The notes beneath the pieces are model-generated. The model saw only the letters and a list, made by a program, of their open reading frames with translations, did not search any database and was not told where the DNA came from. Below, in pieces: positions 17,539-18,764 of a stretch of 18,764 nucleotides of DNA. How positions within the stretch are numbered: position 1 is the stretch's first letter; each line of letters opens with the position of its first letter. A program made the translations under genes and the position numbers. The stretch is from an uncultured Myxococcales bacterium. GTDB taxonomy: Bacteria; UBA10199; 2-02-FULL-44-16; JAAZCA01. Location of the stretch: NCBI GenBank assembly GCA_964410765.1, contig CAYPII010000037.1, positions 1 to 18,764 on the forward strand, read 5' to 3'.

Positions 17539-18290
17539 GCGCGACCCCCTTCCAGATCAATCCAGGCGTCGATTGCGGCGGCGATCGCCGCGCGCGCCTG
17601 GGAGGCAAGGTACTGGATGCGCGGGAGCTTCAAGATATCCCGCGGGTGCTTGACGAGGTGGCCCATGAGGGCGCCGGCCATCGGGGCACCGCTTCGGTCC
17701 AGGATATCCTCGAGGTCGGGGAGCTCGACGTCCATCGGATCGAGGACGGCGCGGACGATCGTGAGCGGCACGCCCTGTTCGCGGCAGGCGCGCGCCGCTG
17801 CCGCGCTCTCCATGTCCACCCCCTGCGCAGCGTGCTGCGTCCCGACGAAGGCCTTCTCGTGCGAGGAACCGATCGCGCGCTGGGCGGTGACGAGCGTCCC
17901 CGCCCGCACGCGCTGCCCGCGCTCCTTGAGGCACCCCAGCAGCCGCTCCGCGCCGACCGCGTCGAGCGGATGACGCGCCCCGTCGGCGGCGGAGACCGTC
18001 TCGCGCGCGACGAGCAGGTCACCCGCCGCGAAGTGCGGATCGAGCCCACCGCAGTAGCCGACGTGCAGACAGCGCTGTGGGCGGCGGTGCTCCAACAGGT
18101 GCGCCATCGCGCGCGCCATCGCCGGCGCGCCGATCCCGCTGCGCACGAGCAACAGCGGCTGCCCGCGGTAGATGCCGCGCAGGAAGAGCGCCGGGCGCAG
18201 GTGTTCGCGCGCGTCGATCGCCATCCGGGAGCGGATGATCCGAAGCTCGTCGTCGAGCGCGGCGATGATGCAGGGAATCGGCGTGGACAT
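17535..18290 (-). CDS. PNP_UDP_1-family nucleosidase (MTA/SAH nucleosidase MtnN-like or futalosine hydrolase MqnB-like)
   Basis: It aligns with E. coli MtnN: IIAALDDEL corresponds to IIGAMEEEV, RSGIGAPAMARAMAHLLEH to KSGIGKVAAALGATLLLEH, and GVDMESAAAA to AVEMEATAIA. I chose the ATG at 18290. An alternative TTG at 18326 would add 12 aa. Confidence 0.75.
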   Translation of the reverse strand: MSTPIPCIIAALDDELRIIRSRMAIDAREHLRPALFLRGIYRGQPLLLVRSGIGAPAMARAMAHLLEHRRPQRCLHVGYCGGLDPHFAAGDLLVARETVSAADGARHPLDAVGAERLLGCLKERGQRVRAGTLVTAQRAIGSSHEKAFVGTQHAAQGVDMESAAAARACREQGVPLTIVRAVLDPMDVELPDLEDILDRSGAPMAGALMGHLVKHPRDILKLPRIQYLASQARAAIAAAIDAWIDLEGGRA

Positions 18291-18515
18291 CGACGTCGTT
18301 GTAAGAGCGCGGTCGAGCGAAGTCAATGAAACGCGCGGAGAAATGGCGATCAGTCAATCCGTTGACGCGCCGTCATCTTTTTGCCGATTCTTCGTCGGAT
18401 AACGACCAACCCGCCCCCGAATCTATTCTCACGATGCGCCCAGGAGATGAAATTCCCGAATGATCTCATGTCTGTGAACACTTTCATTCGCAGGCGACAA
18501 AAAGCATATAAGAAC

Positions 18516-18531
18516 TGGCACGCCGCTTGCT
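18516..18531 (+). promoter_or_regulatory. Sigma-54 (-24/-12) promoter, perfect consensus match
   Basis: The element is TGGCACG-ccgc-TTGCT, lying in an AT-rich intergenic region 38 nt upstream of the ATG at 18569. Confidence 0.5.
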
Positions 18532-18568
18532 CATTTTCTCCCTCGTTGCATTGCGAAAGGGGGGCGAC

Positions 18569-18764
18569 ATGTCTTTCCACAAATACCTGCTGATCCCGCT
18601 CCTTCCCCTGGCGATGACCGTCGTCGTTATGGTCGGCGGCCTTCCGGGGATGGGGTGCGGCGGGGGCGGCGGATCAGACGTGCCACGTCCTGAGACAGGT
18701 CCAGGCCGCCGCGAGGGCAATGGCCGATCCAAACATGATCAGCGCGGCGATCAAGCTGCGGTTG
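18569..18764 (+). CDS. Putative secreted protein or lipoprotein with a Gly-rich linker, 3' end outside the window
   Basis: AAAGGGGGG lies 6 nt upstream of the ATG. The sequence MSFHKYLLIPLLPLAMTVVVMVGGLPGMGC-GGGGGSDVPRPETG has a signal peptide and a possible lipobox Cys. The frame is open to the window edge and GC3 is high. Confidence 0.5.
   Translation, partial: MSFHKYLLIPLLPLAMTVVVMVGGLPGMGCGGGGGSDVPRPETGPGRREGNGRSKHDQRGDQAAV

Noticed and set aside
18326-18463. A 45-aa ORF (MKRAEKWRSVNPLTRR...) in the AT-rich intergenic region.
   Set aside because: GC3 is low, unlike genuine genes here, and there is no SD. It is probably non-coding promoter DNA.

Overview
This is an 18.8-kb, roughly 70 % GC, densely coding stretch of what looks like ordinary chromosomal backbone from a high-GC diderm bacterium. 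I call 19 protein-coding genes; strand and frame were assigned from third-codon-position GC and recognisable protein motifs.

In order, the genes are:
- a 5'-truncated YitJ-like homocysteine methyltransferase / methylenetetrahydrofolate reductase fusion;
- a translationally coupled pair on the minus strand: a thioredoxin-reductase-like flavoprotein followed by a HAD hydrolase;
- a PolB-exonuclease-like 3'-5' exonuclease, divergent from a 731-aa membrane spermidine-synthase-like protein;
- a nucleoside kinase with an N-terminal TGS domain, followed by an SPFH / band-7 protein;
- a minus-strand run of a polyprenyl synthetase, a 65-aa basic-tailed protein, ComEA and a 166-aa hypothetical;
- an esterase, an 8-strand outer-membrane beta-barrel protein and a pentapeptide-repeat protein;
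- adenine deaminase, a DUF4116-repeat protein, a membrane-anchored unknown protein coupled to an MTA/SAH-nucleosidase-family enzyme, and a 3'-truncated Gly-rich putative lipoprotein.

I see no rRNA, tRNA, CRISPR array, transposase or integrase, and no recognisable defence island. Most of the gene content is housekeeping (methionine, purine, polyamine and isoprenoid metabolism).

The features I think deserve follow-up are:
- The thioredoxin-reductase homolog has lost both catalytic cysteines (CATC becomes DAFT) and the NADPH-binding glycine motif (GGGN becomes GKNA).
- Two near-perfect sigma-54 (-24/-12) promoter matches sit upstream of the small-protein/ComEA gene string and of the lipoprotein gene.
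- A pair of GTGTCsGACAC palindromes lies 22 bp apart between adenine deaminase and the DUF4116 gene.
- An AGCAC(A/G)GGGGG motif recurs in several intergenic regions.
- Three genes show the leaderless-mRNA signature TAnnnT-N6-ATG.

I cannot point to a convincing novel multi-gene system. The most suggestive candidates are the sigma-54-driven small65/ComEA/hypothetical operon and the nucleosidase/membrane-protein pair.
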